Shown here piece by piece: positions 13,810 to 27,582 of a DNA stretch of 64,000 bases. Numbering within the stretch: the first letter of the stretch is position 1; every line of letters starts with the position of its first letter. The notes beneath the pieces were generated by a model. That model did not search any database and had not been told where the DNA came from. It saw only the letters and a program-made list of their open reading frames with translations. This DNA is from the human T2T-CHM13v2.0 reference genome, Homo sapiens: NCBI RefSeq assembly GCF_009914755.1, contig NC_060925.1. One strand, given 5' to 3'. Both the position numbers and the translations under genes were made by a program.

Positions 13810-15990
13810 GTGTTAGAAACGGCAGAGTCACCTTCTAAAACAGCAGTGAGAAACTTCTGTCATCCTTTCTCCCAGTTCAGGTTGATTTGTACGGTGCTGC
13901 TCAGCCCACGTATTGTGCATCTGTATGTGTGTATGTGCGAGCGCCTGTGTACGCACGTGGTCGTCACCCGCCAGAAAGATGCCATAGTGAGGTGTGCTAT
14001 ACTGTGTTGTTTGTGCACGTGTGTAACAATATACAGTGTTTGTTCAATGTCCTGGCAGGAAATTGGTCTATTAGCGATTCACCTTCTTGGTGAGTAGCTA
14101 ATACCTTATTTTGTTCAAGGTTCCACGTTCACACAGGAACTTTGGGCCTAAGACGCAACTCAAGGGAAAGCCATTGGGGAATGCTCAGTTGGGATTGAAC
14201 TAATAGGCCATTGGGTGTCACTGTCGCTCTACTGGCTATAGGAGAAAGAGGGGTTATCTGCTGGGGAAACTGGATTTCAAAAGAAAGAAGTTTTTCTGCT
14301 TGAGTTGGAGGTGTTGTCTCTTTGAGATGTTTGTCTCTCATTTGGAGATTCCTTTAAAAAAGTAGTTGTTTGCTTGTTTTTGCTACACCAAGCTTCTGGC
14401 ATTTTTATTGTTCTTGAAAATTGTGTACTGATTGCGATCTGTTCTGCTATCACCTGCAGTGCATCTAGATGAGAACTTCTGTGTGCAGAAAACTGTCCCC
14501 CTTAAAAGCCTGGGTAACAAGGAGAGCTGATTTGGGCAAGAACTTGAAAAAGGAGGGAGAAAATCTCCTTGGGCAAATGCTTGCCACTCCCCTGCCGCCT
14601 GCCCCTGTGTAGGTGGGAAGAGAGCGCAGAGGGAGAGCCAGGCTGCTGCCTGGTCACAGAAGAGTGGGCTCCGTCCTCCAGCGGGCTCTCCAGCAGCATG
14701 GATCTGTGCCAGGCTTCACCACAATTCATACTGTGTCAGTTTAATAAATGCACTACTTAAATTATGAAATTACAAAAGAAAAAAGAGAATGCACTTATTC
14801 AGACTCTTAATACATTAAAAATAAGGCATTAAAACTCTGACTTTTTTTTTTTTCTTCCAGAATCAATAATGAACAGGAAGGGTTGTAGACATTAACAGTC
14901 ATGGACATTCAAACTCTTATACATAAATTATCTTAGAAAAATGCACATAAGACTTGAATAATGTAAATACATTAATGCATTTAATAATTTAAACATTAAA
15001 GCGCAAGCAGGAATTTGAGGCCGAGGCTGTTCTGAGGTAAGGGATTGGTCCTAGAACTCGTGTGTCCCAGGATCGATGGGTGATTTCCCCTTGAGACACC
15101 CTGGAAAGAGAGTGCCTGGCCGGCTTGTGTGGCCGAGGATCCCTGGACATTCCTGATCTCAGCTGCCTCCCAGCCTCTTATTTTTGTGTATCCTGAGCTT
15201 CGTTCTCAGTTTCATGTTCTCTACTCCTGTGCTTCTAATTGTTTGTTAGAAAACTAAATGTTTCCACTTCATAGAACAATAAACTTTGAGAATGTCTTGG
15301 TTGAAAAACCAAACCAAAGTAAAAAATCCTTCACCCGGCTCTGGCTGCTTGTCTGCTTGTGATTTGAGAAAAAGGAAGTGGCTGCTCCTTGTGATCAGCC
15401 TGTCATGTCTCAGCCTGGAACTCCACTGTGTGCTGTGGTCAGGGGATCCAGGTTGTGACATGCTGACAGATTTGAAGACTGGATCTAATGGGAGAGCAGA
15501 AACGATATCCTATATTAGCCTCTGTGTGTTGGGCATAACGATGGCAGGTAGCCATGCCAGGAAACAAGACAGGTGCCATGGAGTTAGACTCAGTGGTCTG
15601 TGATCATACCTTACTTTGATTTGAGGGTTTAACCATTGGGTAGACTGATGCTACTGTTTTTTCCCCTTTCTTCCAAAATTGTATTTGCAATAGCAGAAAG
15701 TCACTGGAAACTCCTTTTCTGGCAGAATACCGAATGATCTAATTCAATTTTTGACATCTGCACTGTGAAATACCCTGGGCAGAACTAAGAAGCCAGGCCT
15801 ATGTGTCTTAAGTTTTCATTTATTAATGCTAATGCTGTTCTCTGGTTGTTCCCTAGCCCTGTTTTATAGTCCAAATCACAGATGAGAAACTAGAAGAACT
15901 GTAGAAACTGTGTTACTGAGTACATAGTCTGAGAACTTTGTCTCTCTTTGTAGAAGAGTGTGTCTATTTGGTCAGTAATGCAAATGTTGT

Positions 15991-16032
15991 CCCACTGGGT
16001 TTGCTGTGGGACCCACTAGGTTTGCCGTGGGA
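15991..16032. repeat. 21-bp tandem duplication x2
   Basis: cccact(g/a)ggtttgc(t/c)gtggga twice. Confidence 0.9.
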
Positions 16033-19000
16033 CCTTGAGAAACGGTTATCAGATGGCGGTGACTGAACCAAACCTGTTTTCATTATTGCCAGGTCCGTGG
16101 GAGTCTTTTACAGGATCTCAAATCTCCTGCCTGAAACTTTACCTGGGATTGTCTTGATTTGACCCAAGCCTCGTCTGTGCTGGCATCTGTGACTTTGTTT
16201 GCAACCCTTTCTAGTCTTTGTTGTGGCCAAGGACAGTCTGGTCTCCCAGCTAACATGGGTACAAACCAGCTTCTAGCTACTTGCAGGAGAATAGCTATGG
16301 GTTGACTTGGCATCTGAAGCAGATACAAACAGATTAGGCTGAGCTGCCCCAGAACAGCCAGAAGGAAAACCAGTACTTTAAAAACTGGTCGTCAGGTATT
16401 GGTTTAGAAAGAAAGTAGTTTGGAGAATGGGTGAGGACAGCCTGGTGAGTGATCCCGAGGTCACGGGCTGTCCTTGGGATGTGCTCAGATTCTTCTCTAG
16501 ACCTGGAGAGCAACAGCCGTGCCTCACAAGCCCTTCTCCACATGTTTTGTTTTAAGATGGCAGAGCCTTTCTTTGCAGTTTTAGTTCAGCCTTGGGATGA
16601 CGGTCAGACCTCGGTTTGTTCTTTTCTTTTCCAGTTTTCAGAGCCCAAGCCTGCTCCCTCTGTTGCTTGTCCAGCCTTGACCAGTGACTGTCTTCAGCCT
16701 GCACTCTGCATTTCACCCCAGCAGTAGGAAGAAGTGAGGTCAGAGGAGCACGTGAACCAGGGAGAATCGAATTCTCTTTGGATTTTGCTGGTCACACCCA
16801 GCAAAGCTGCTTTCTCTTCCCTTGAACTCTCTTCCAAGAACTGTTTGATGGCCTTAACTGCACAATTGGCTTGTGCCAGATTGAGATGTGTTGAACTGGG
16901 CAGTGGAGGTGGGGGTGAGGGGCAACTCCCTCTCCTATTGGGGGCAGAGTGCTGGCTGCATCAGGCAGTGATCAGATAGGCACTGATCGGGTCGGTTCAC
17001 CCTCTGATATAGCCCGTATGCAGACTTCCTTTGAAGAGAGAGGAGTCAGGCTCATTAATTAAAGGAGCCTGGCTTGAGAGGCCTGTAATTATAGGTGCTA
17101 GAAATCTGAATTTTAAGAGGTTGTGCAGCTGCATTTTGAAAAATGTAGGGAGGCACCGAGAAGTACTGGTTGTGGGCAAGAATGTGGCTGAACCAGATTT
17201 TGGAGGTTCAGGTTTTGGCAGAATTCCCCTCCAAATTCATATTTATTCTTTCTTTCCATTTTGTTCTTTTTTTTTTTTTCTAAATGGGAAGCAGAGCCTG
17301 TGATTTTTTTTTTTTTAAATGAAGGTTACACCCTGTGACCGAGAGGCTAGCATTGTCAGAGTATATGGGGGGCAGAAAGGAGTTGCTGTGAACTAGAAGA
17401 TGCTTAGTTTTTGAGGAAACGGCACATCTTTGGGCCTTAGGGATTCAGTATTTGAAAAAAATTAAATAATTTCTTTCTTGAAATGAGTGAGGGGAGCAGG
17501 GAGCAGAAGCCCAATTTGAATGCAGTCTAGGGAAGTAAGTCCCAGGCAAATGGTGGACTCTAGAACCTTTGTCCCAACTTGACTTCCCCAGAAGTGTCTC
17601 TTCCTCTGTCATGCGTTACTTTTCCATGTGAACCCTGAGTTACAAACAGAAAATTTCAGACCTTTATGGGAAGTCCTGACCTGTGCCTTTTCTCTCTCAT
17701 TTCCTCAGTTATTTGTAGGTTGACCTTTTGTTTTGGGTGCTTTTTCGCTCTCCTCTCCTTAAAAAAAAAGTATCCCTCTTTGCTTCTTGTCAAAAACCTT
17801 TATTTCGGTCCCTGACTATTTGCATCTCTGTTAATTAAGCATGGCTAATTTGATATGTAGATGGGATGGGGAGGGTTAAGGGTTAGATGAATAGAGGTCT
17901 ACTCCCTGCCTCCCCCGGGTGGTGGGCAGGGGTGCTCCACAGACCTGCAAGACTGAACAGCTACACACGGCTGATGGCAAACCCGATGCCAGGGGGAACC
18001 TCCTCTCTGCCTCAGTGGTTTTGTCTCCTTGGGGATATTGAGAGCGTCATCCCGTTTCACAGACTGGACCCTCTGTGAAGGGCTGAAAAAATAAAATATA
18101 AAGGCCAGTTCTCTGTGCTCTTTTCTTACATTCTTGTAGTGTATATATTGGGAAATCCACAGGTGAACCCTTACACTGTAGAATAGAACACAAGTGTCCA
18201 AGACTCTCACTTGGTGCATTTACAATATGCAAATTCCAATTCCAATTAGATTGAAATCTCTATTTAGCAGAGTGGTTTTGTGAAATAAATAACTTTTGAA
18301 GAAGGAGGCCTGCTATATGTAATAAATATATATTTTTCCTTCAGTCGCCTGCATGGTGCTTCCTGCGTTCCCAGCCCTTGCCCGAAATGCTGATTCCGAA
18401 GCATCTTTGGGCTCTTTACAGAAGAGATGCTTCTCCTTCCCTTCCTGGCACAAGGATTTCATCCTTGATTTACAGTGCTCAGCTTGTTAGTGCCGGTGAA
18501 GGGGAGAGATGGTGTGAAGGTCGTTATGTCCGTTTTGTCCTCTTGGAGAGAAAGTGAGGGAGTGTGTTTCTTGCCGTGTGCTTGTCGTGGTAGTGGTGGA
18601 GTTGGAGAGGCCCCCACTTCTGTCAAAAGGAGTCGAGCCAAACTCTCATCCTCTCTTCTTCACCCTGTATACTACACGTTGTCCAACAGGGGGTGAATGA
18701 TTTCAAAAGCGGAATTCAGAATTTCAGGAAGAGTAGCACACCACCGAGTAGAGGGCCTCCCCCTAACACCCCCCTTTTCATCATTCTCCCCTCCTCAGCC
18801 CAGCCGTGACAAACTGACAGATAATTAACAGATCAGACCCTCCTATTAGGCGTGCCCTGTGCTGGAAGCTGCTCTGGCTTTATGCAGTCCTTTAGCAGCT
18901 CTGTGTGTGTGGGTGGTGCCTCACTAAGTGGCCATAGCAGAGGGCAGGGAGTGCTTTGGGAAAAGCAAACAGAATGCTCTTTGGAAGAGAGAGTGCTTAA

Positions 19001-19394
19001 GAGGGAGAGCGGGGGCAGTAAGGTGCCTGGCTTGAAAGCACCTGGCGAAAAGACTCGGACTTTCAGGGTTGTGATCCGGAATACCACCGCCTGTCTCAGG
19101 GAATGGTGCGCTGGGTTATAATAGGATGCCTTATTACAAAAAACATTTTGAAGGCCACTTCCCAGGTCAGGCTATGCATTAGGTGCACTCTTCCTTCGGT
19201 GTAACACTGTGCTGGACTTGCAAAATTGGAAGTGTGCAGCCTGTTGTGTTTCAGCCTTGGCATTAAATATTTCTACAGAGACACTGCCCTATGTGGCTTT
19301 CTCTCAGCTACCTAACTTTTCTTTCCCTGGTGGAAAGAAGAATTCATTGTGAGAATATTCATTTCTACTTACTAGTGACTTTTAAAAACTACTT

Positions 19395-20067
<673 letters not shown>

Positions 20068-20549
20068 CCTGAAAACTACTTTTCTACTTCCCTTATGGTG
20101 GCCACCCTTCTCATCTTCATGATTTGAATATTAACATAAAGATAAATTTAGCAACATGTAGGGGCTACACGTAGGCTCAGGTCCTTAGGCCTGGCATGTT
20201 GGAGCAGAAAGAAACACCTAATTGCATCAAAACCACTCTAAGTTCATGTATGTGGAGCCCATCAAGCTGAAAGCATCCAGACAGCATCTGCTGTTATCAA
20301 ATCACTCGTGAATCCAGCTAATTAAAATAGAGCTTCATTTTTCTGAACCATTGTTTGGCAGGAATTCGAAACGGGTCTAACCCAATTTCTGCATGTTTAT
20401 GAGCCTTTATTATATCAGAGGTACTTTTCTGTAAATGTACAGGGCAGCGTTAAATGAATTGATCCACACAGTATCACTGTAGACGCACTATGGACTTGCT
20501 AATGATTTCTCTTCCAGCTTTCTGGTTTCCAGACATACTCTTGAAAGCT

Positions 20550-20900
20550 TTATCTTCTCTTTTTCTATCCTCTGCTCTTTGCCGTTGTCTTTTTTTTTTT
20601 TTTTTAAACATTTTGAACTTTCCTTTTACTTTTTAATCTTCTTTTTTCTTTGGAAACAGGAAAACTATCCCCTTAAAGAAGTTTTCTTTTCCATTTCTCT
20701 TTTTCTTCCTCTCTTCCTGTTTTTGTTTTTCTTCTAGTGGATAAGATTTGTCTTTTCTTCCTTTATTTCTTGCTGTTTTCTATTCTCTCCTTTTCTTTTC
20801 TTTTTCTCTCTTATCTTTTCTCCCTTTTATACTTTCTCCCATTCCTTTTCTCTAACCTTCTCTTTCTCCTTTTTCTCTTCTTTCTATCTCCTCCCATTTT
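20550..20900. repeat. CT-rich low-complexity polypyrimidine tract
   Basis: Long, nearly purine-free stretches. Confidence 0.85.
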
Positions 20901-21149
20901 CCCTAATAAAATATCCTTATACCTTTGTCTCCACATGCAAATACTGACTAGGGAAGATGGGGGTGCCCGTGGAGGCAGAGCTATCTGGCTGCTCTAAGAT
21001 GATGTCAGCTGAGTTTACTTCTCTGAATTTGCTTTCATGCTTTATTTTAGGTTTTAAAAAGATTTTTCAAGCCACATCTACTCTACTTTATAGTCTGTAA
21101 TCCTACTTTGAAGATGAAAAGTGTTACATAAATGCTAACTAATTATTCC

Positions 21150-21280
21150 TTATACCACTTTGTGAGTCTCTAAGCAGTATTAGTTCCAGTTTACAGATGA
21201 GGAAGCAGGAACGGGAAAGGTAAGTAGCTCTGAAAGTTACTGAAGAAGTTGGTGACTGAGTTAGAATTAAACCTGGCTCA
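21150..21280 (-). mobile_element. MIR fragment
   Basis: ccagtttacagatgaggaagc core. Confidence 0.65.
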
Positions 21281-21969
21281 TCTTTGGCTTTGCTTTTTGA
21301 TTACCACCTTATGGGTGTTGACTTTTTTCCCCCCTAAGAATCATACATATTTAAGGTGAGGTTGAGTGAATACCATCCCCTTGGCCCCTTCTCATTATAT
21401 ACTTTTAACCTTCTGAAGTTTCATTTGTAGTCTTTAGATGTTAAATGAATTTCTAGGTAATTCCTGGGAAAGAAGGATGCTGAACCACTTGTGGGCTGGT
21501 AAAAACCCTGTCTATTAGTCTTAAAGCAGAGTGCTCACTTTCTCTTTCCAACAGCTTCCAGTAAGTGGGCCCACGTCACACACTGGCCCCAGTGATCGTA
21601 GCGTTGTAGGAAGCGCTGCCATATTTGATTGAATTTAGCCATTCTGGAATGACGTGTTCATGAAGTCGGCTCTTGCATTACCGTGGCCTTTATTATTGCT
21701 AATGCATTCTGACATTACAGGTGTAGCCTTGGCTCTCCCAGAAAGGGCAAGGCTGCTCTTACCAAACGAAAGAGCAGAATTTATGAAACTGTTACACAGT
21801 GAGGCCAGTGTTCACCTTTAGTTACTAAGCAGAGTAAGGGAAATAAATGCTTTTATAGAAAAGATAGCCAGTGACAGCAGTCTATCCTGATTCCTCACCC
21901 AGCACTGTTTCAAAAAGTGGATCAATTAATATTGTTGCCAGACAGAGAACGAGGACCAATGGTTAGGAG

Positions 21970-22160
21970 GTTCAGGAAAGTAGATTTCAACTCAGTTTAA
22001 AGAGGCACTCCTGAAAATGAGCTGACAGTCTCTTAAGGGAGTAGTTTCCCTGCTCATTATGAGCATTCAAGAGGAGGCTTCCTGATCATTTGTCAGGGTT
22101 GTTGGAGAGGGGAGTCCCTAGGTCATGGGTGGGACCAGATGGCTCAAGATCTCTTTTGGC
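21970..22160 (+). mobile_element. L3/CR1 3' end fragment
   Basis: gcattcaagaggaggcttcctgatcatttgtcaggg…ggaccagatggctc resembles the CR1/L3 3' end. Confidence 0.6.
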
Positions 22161-23099
22161 TTGTTTCCTCATCTTAGATTGCTACAGCACAAACAGCATC
22201 TTTCCTGCTTCTATTTTGACTTTACAAGTGGCTGGTGTACCGTGAGGACCTGTGAATGCTCAGTAGCTATTCATTATTTAATCTCTGGCTTCCTGCTTCT
22301 TAATCTAACATGAATCAAAGCTGTTCTTGTTCAATTCAGGAAAACCACCATCTCTGGCACCTCCTAGAATGAGGCATTCTGGATAGTTACGTTTTCTGGA
22401 TGGTCATCAGGAGCCATTTGAAAGCAGAACAAACAAAACACTTTAAAACTTTTGGCTGGGAATTATGTAAAATGGATTACATACTTTCTTGCTTTATTAA
22501 GCTGAATATCTGGAATATAATTTAATCGTGATGACTCAGTATTGTCATTTTAGATGAACGTGTTTATATGGTGTTATAAGCATAGCTGTGTTTTCAAAAC
22601 CTGTTGAAATATAGATGTGTTGTATATTTGCCCCTACTTGAAATGACTCCACCGATTCTAAATGACCCCAGACTAATAAGCTTTTTGAATTTTTTTGTTT
22701 GCTTTTCATGGATGTTTCTCTCTTGGCATTTGCTGTTGGGCTTTTTTTTGCTGTCACATCTTTGTTTGGTGTTTCTGTACTAGCTGGCTCCTTCCTCTCT
22801 GTTCTTATTTGCAGCTTTTATCTTCTATGATTTGGATACCAGATAACTAAGCTTGTATATAAAATAAATAGTAAGTAGCGTGAGTAAAGCTTCGCAGCGT
22901 ATAAAATATATGGAATTTGTAATATCTTTTTTGGCTGCCCTGATTTCTTCTGCTATTCCCTGTCTCCTCCTTCTCTGTTGGTTTTCTCCTTTTTTTGAAT
23001 TGGGTGTCAGCTTGGAGAGATGAAATCTGGAAAGACTGGGTCTTGTCCTTGACCTAAGCCCATATCTCTGGCCCAGGTATCAGCGGCTGCCTCATGGAA

Positions 23100-23220
23100 T
23101 CAACTTAGAAATTATAAAATGGCACAGGTAGGGGGTCCTGAAGGTCATCTGTTTAACCCCTTATTTTATAGCAGTGAAGGAATCTGAGGCACTGAGTGGG
23201 GACATAAGAGGCCAGGTTCA
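23100..23220 (-). mobile_element. MIR3/MIR fragment
   Basis: gaaggtcatctgtttaaccccttattttatag…ctgaggcac. Confidence 0.55.
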
Positions 23221-24285
23221 TGACAGTATTTGTGTAAGGTAAAAAAAAAAAAAATCTTGTAGGAAAATTCTCTGCTGGCTTATCAGCAAGTTCAGAATTA
23301 AAGTACATAAACCAAAAAAAGGCTTCTGTTTGTGGCAGCGTTTGGCTGTGTTTGCACTCAAGACTATTATCGATATTCTAGGAGAAGCTTTAATCCTTTC
23401 ATTCAAACTTACAAGAAATGCTGTTTCCTTTTAGTTAAAAAAAAAAAAAAAAAAAATCCAAGAGAGCATTTGATTTGAGGAACCAAAAGTCTAGAAAATG
23501 TATCCGGGAGTCCTCGTCAATTTGGGGCATAATGAAATATAAAAAATACTCAATAAAAGCTCCTTTATTACTTTAACTGTTTAAATGTGGAGTTTTTAGC
23601 CATCAGGTTAATGTTTTGGTATCATTTTTTTATTTGATTGTGAGCACTTTTCCAGGTAGCTCTGCCACTCGAGCGCTAATCAGATTCCCACAGATAAATG
23701 GTGCTAGCTGCAGCCTGACATCACTGCGTTTTTGCTTCAACATTATTTTATTTTATTTGGTTTTCCTGTAAAAGTTAATAACTCCATGTCCATGTGTTTA
23801 AACAGGCAAGAAGAGAGAGAGAGAAAGGACAGTGAGCAGAAAAGGATGAGGGATGTTTCAGGAAGCTTGTGCAAAATTGAGGAAATTTAGGGATTTTTGT
23901 AATTTCCAGGTATCTTACCTTATGAACAGTATGTGAAGAACCAAGAAGGTTACAAAGCAAGATGGTAATTCATAATCCTTCAGATAACAAAAAGTGAACT
24001 TCTCTGTTTCTCAGACAGAGCTGGGAAGAATTTGAAAGGAGTTACCATTGATTTAAAGGAGGAAGATGCTCAATAAACTGATTTGCTTAATGGTGAGAAT
24101 TGTGTAAATTTTGTGTTATTCATAAGTAAATTACATGCTCATCTGGCTTCTCCTAGATGACCAAGATGGGGAAGGGCATCAGATATAGGGCATAAAGACC
24201 CTCCTTTTCATCTTCCCATTATTAGTAGGACACAGTGACTCTTGGCCAAGATGGCTCTGGTGCTCAGTAGGCCTTTGTGGAATCA

Positions 24286-24598
24286 TTTGTTTGATTGATT
24301 GATTGATTGATTGATTTTTAGAGACGGGGTCTCACTCTGTCACCCAGGCTAGAGTGAAGCAGTACAATCATAGCTCAGTGTAACCTCAAACTCCTGAGCT
24401 CAAGCCATCCTCCCACCTAGCTCCCCAAGTAGCTGGAGCGCCACTACGCCAAGCTATTTAAAAAAAACAAATTTTTTTTTGAAACAATGGAGTCTCGTTA
24501 TGTTGCCCAGGCTGGTCCCGAACTCTTGGCCTCCAGCCATCCTCCTGCCTCAGCCTCCCAAAGTGCTGAATTATAGGCGTGGGCCACCATGCCCGGCT
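24286..24598 (-). mobile_element. AluJ-like with (TTGA)n tail
   Basis: Alu consensus; TSD-like atcattt. Confidence 0.9.
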
Positions 24599-25195
24599 GG
24601 ATCATTTATTTTTTAAAGTGTGTGTTTGTTTATTGGTAGCTGTGCTGGCTAATAATAGGGATGTTTATGGTATTTAGTGAAAGGTTGCTGAATGGTTCAA
24701 AGCCATGAGGACTACCTTTGGGTTCTTCTTGTGTGTGATGGATTTCCTCACTGAGCTGAAAATTTCTTAATTGGGGTTTATCAGAGAAGGCAACTGGACT
24801 GATGTCTCTTGATTCAGTTTCTCTTCCAAACTTGTACCTTGATACTAAAGACAGTCCGTGGGTACAATCTGATGATGGCTGTGATAATCAGTTTCACAGC
24901 CCTTATGTCATTACTTCTGAAAGATGTGTAAAAAAAAAAAAAGACATTTTCCTCATCTGCGTCAGCGGTATAGCTTGTATTGCTTTCCTGTGTTTCACAC
25001 TTTGTGTTGATATGTTACTTGTGAAGTCGTCTACAAGGGTGTGACCTGTATTAGATACCGCTTTTTTAGAAAATGGAACCTGACCACCAACTTGTCCCTG
25101 TGGAGAGCCCATTTCTGGCCACTCTCTGGGGCTGGTGTGCTTGGTGAGGAAGTTGACTTTCCTCTGACAGTAGCTGATTGTATATGACTGTTTGA

Positions 25196-25532
<337 letters not shown>

Positions 25533-25534
25533 GA

Positions 25535-26098
<564 letters not shown>

Positions 26099-26199
26099 TG
26101 AAGATTTTTAAGTCTGCCAGTTGACTGCATTATGAATTACACTTTTGGAACCCATACTTTAGTTTTTTTGTTTAGGCCATAAAAGAATCAAAGGTAATA

Positions 26200-26446
26200 C
26201 AGGTTGAGTATTCTTGATCCCAAATGCTTGGGACCAAAAGTGTTGGATTTTGGATTTTTTCAGATTTTGGAATATGTACATAATACTTACTGGTTGAGCA
26301 TCTCAAATCTGAAAATCCCAAATCCGAAATGCTCCAGTGAGCATTTCCTTTGAGCATGACCTTTGACTGTCATGTTGGCACTCAAAAAGTTCTGGATTTT
26401 GGAGCATTTTGGATTTTGGATTTTCAGATTAGGGATGCTCATCCTG
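26200..26446 (+). mobile_element. Tigger4a (MER46A/Zombi) MITE
   Basis: TA|caggttgagta…gatgctcatcctg|TA: terminal inverted repeats with TA TSD. Confidence 0.85.
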
Positions 26447-26539
26447 TAGCAGGATCTAGGACTTGGTGGCATCCCGTTAGTAGCAGATCTTGATTGTTGA
26501 CTTTCTTCTGTTTTCTGGTGGGTCTAAAGAAAATTCTTA

Positions 26540-27178
<639 letters not shown>

Positions 27179-27269
27179 CTATGAGTAGTTCTTTTTTTTT
27201 GTATTCAAATTTATTTTTTAGCATTAGGTCATTCTCTAATTTTCTTATGGGGTGTTTGGTAGAATTGCC

Positions 27270-27582
27270 TTTTATTTATTTATTTTTTTGTTTGTTTGTT
27301 TCCAAGACAGAGTCTCACTCTGTCACCCAGGCTGGAGTGCAGTGGTGCAATCTTGGTTCATTGCAACCTCTGCCTCCCAGGTTCAAGTAATTCTCGTGCC
27401 TCAGCCACCCTAGTAGCTAAGACTATGCACCACCACACCTGGCTAATTTTTGTATTTTTTTTAGTGGAGATGGGGTTTCGCCATGTTGGCCAGGCTCTTC
27501 TCAAACTCCTGGCCTCAACTGGTCCACTCGCCTCGGCCTCCCAAAGTGTTGGGATTACAAGCGTGAGCCACTGTGCTTGGCC
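27270..27582 (-). mobile_element. AluS/Jb-like
   Basis: Alu consensus; TSD tagaa(t/g)tgcctttt. Confidence 0.92.
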
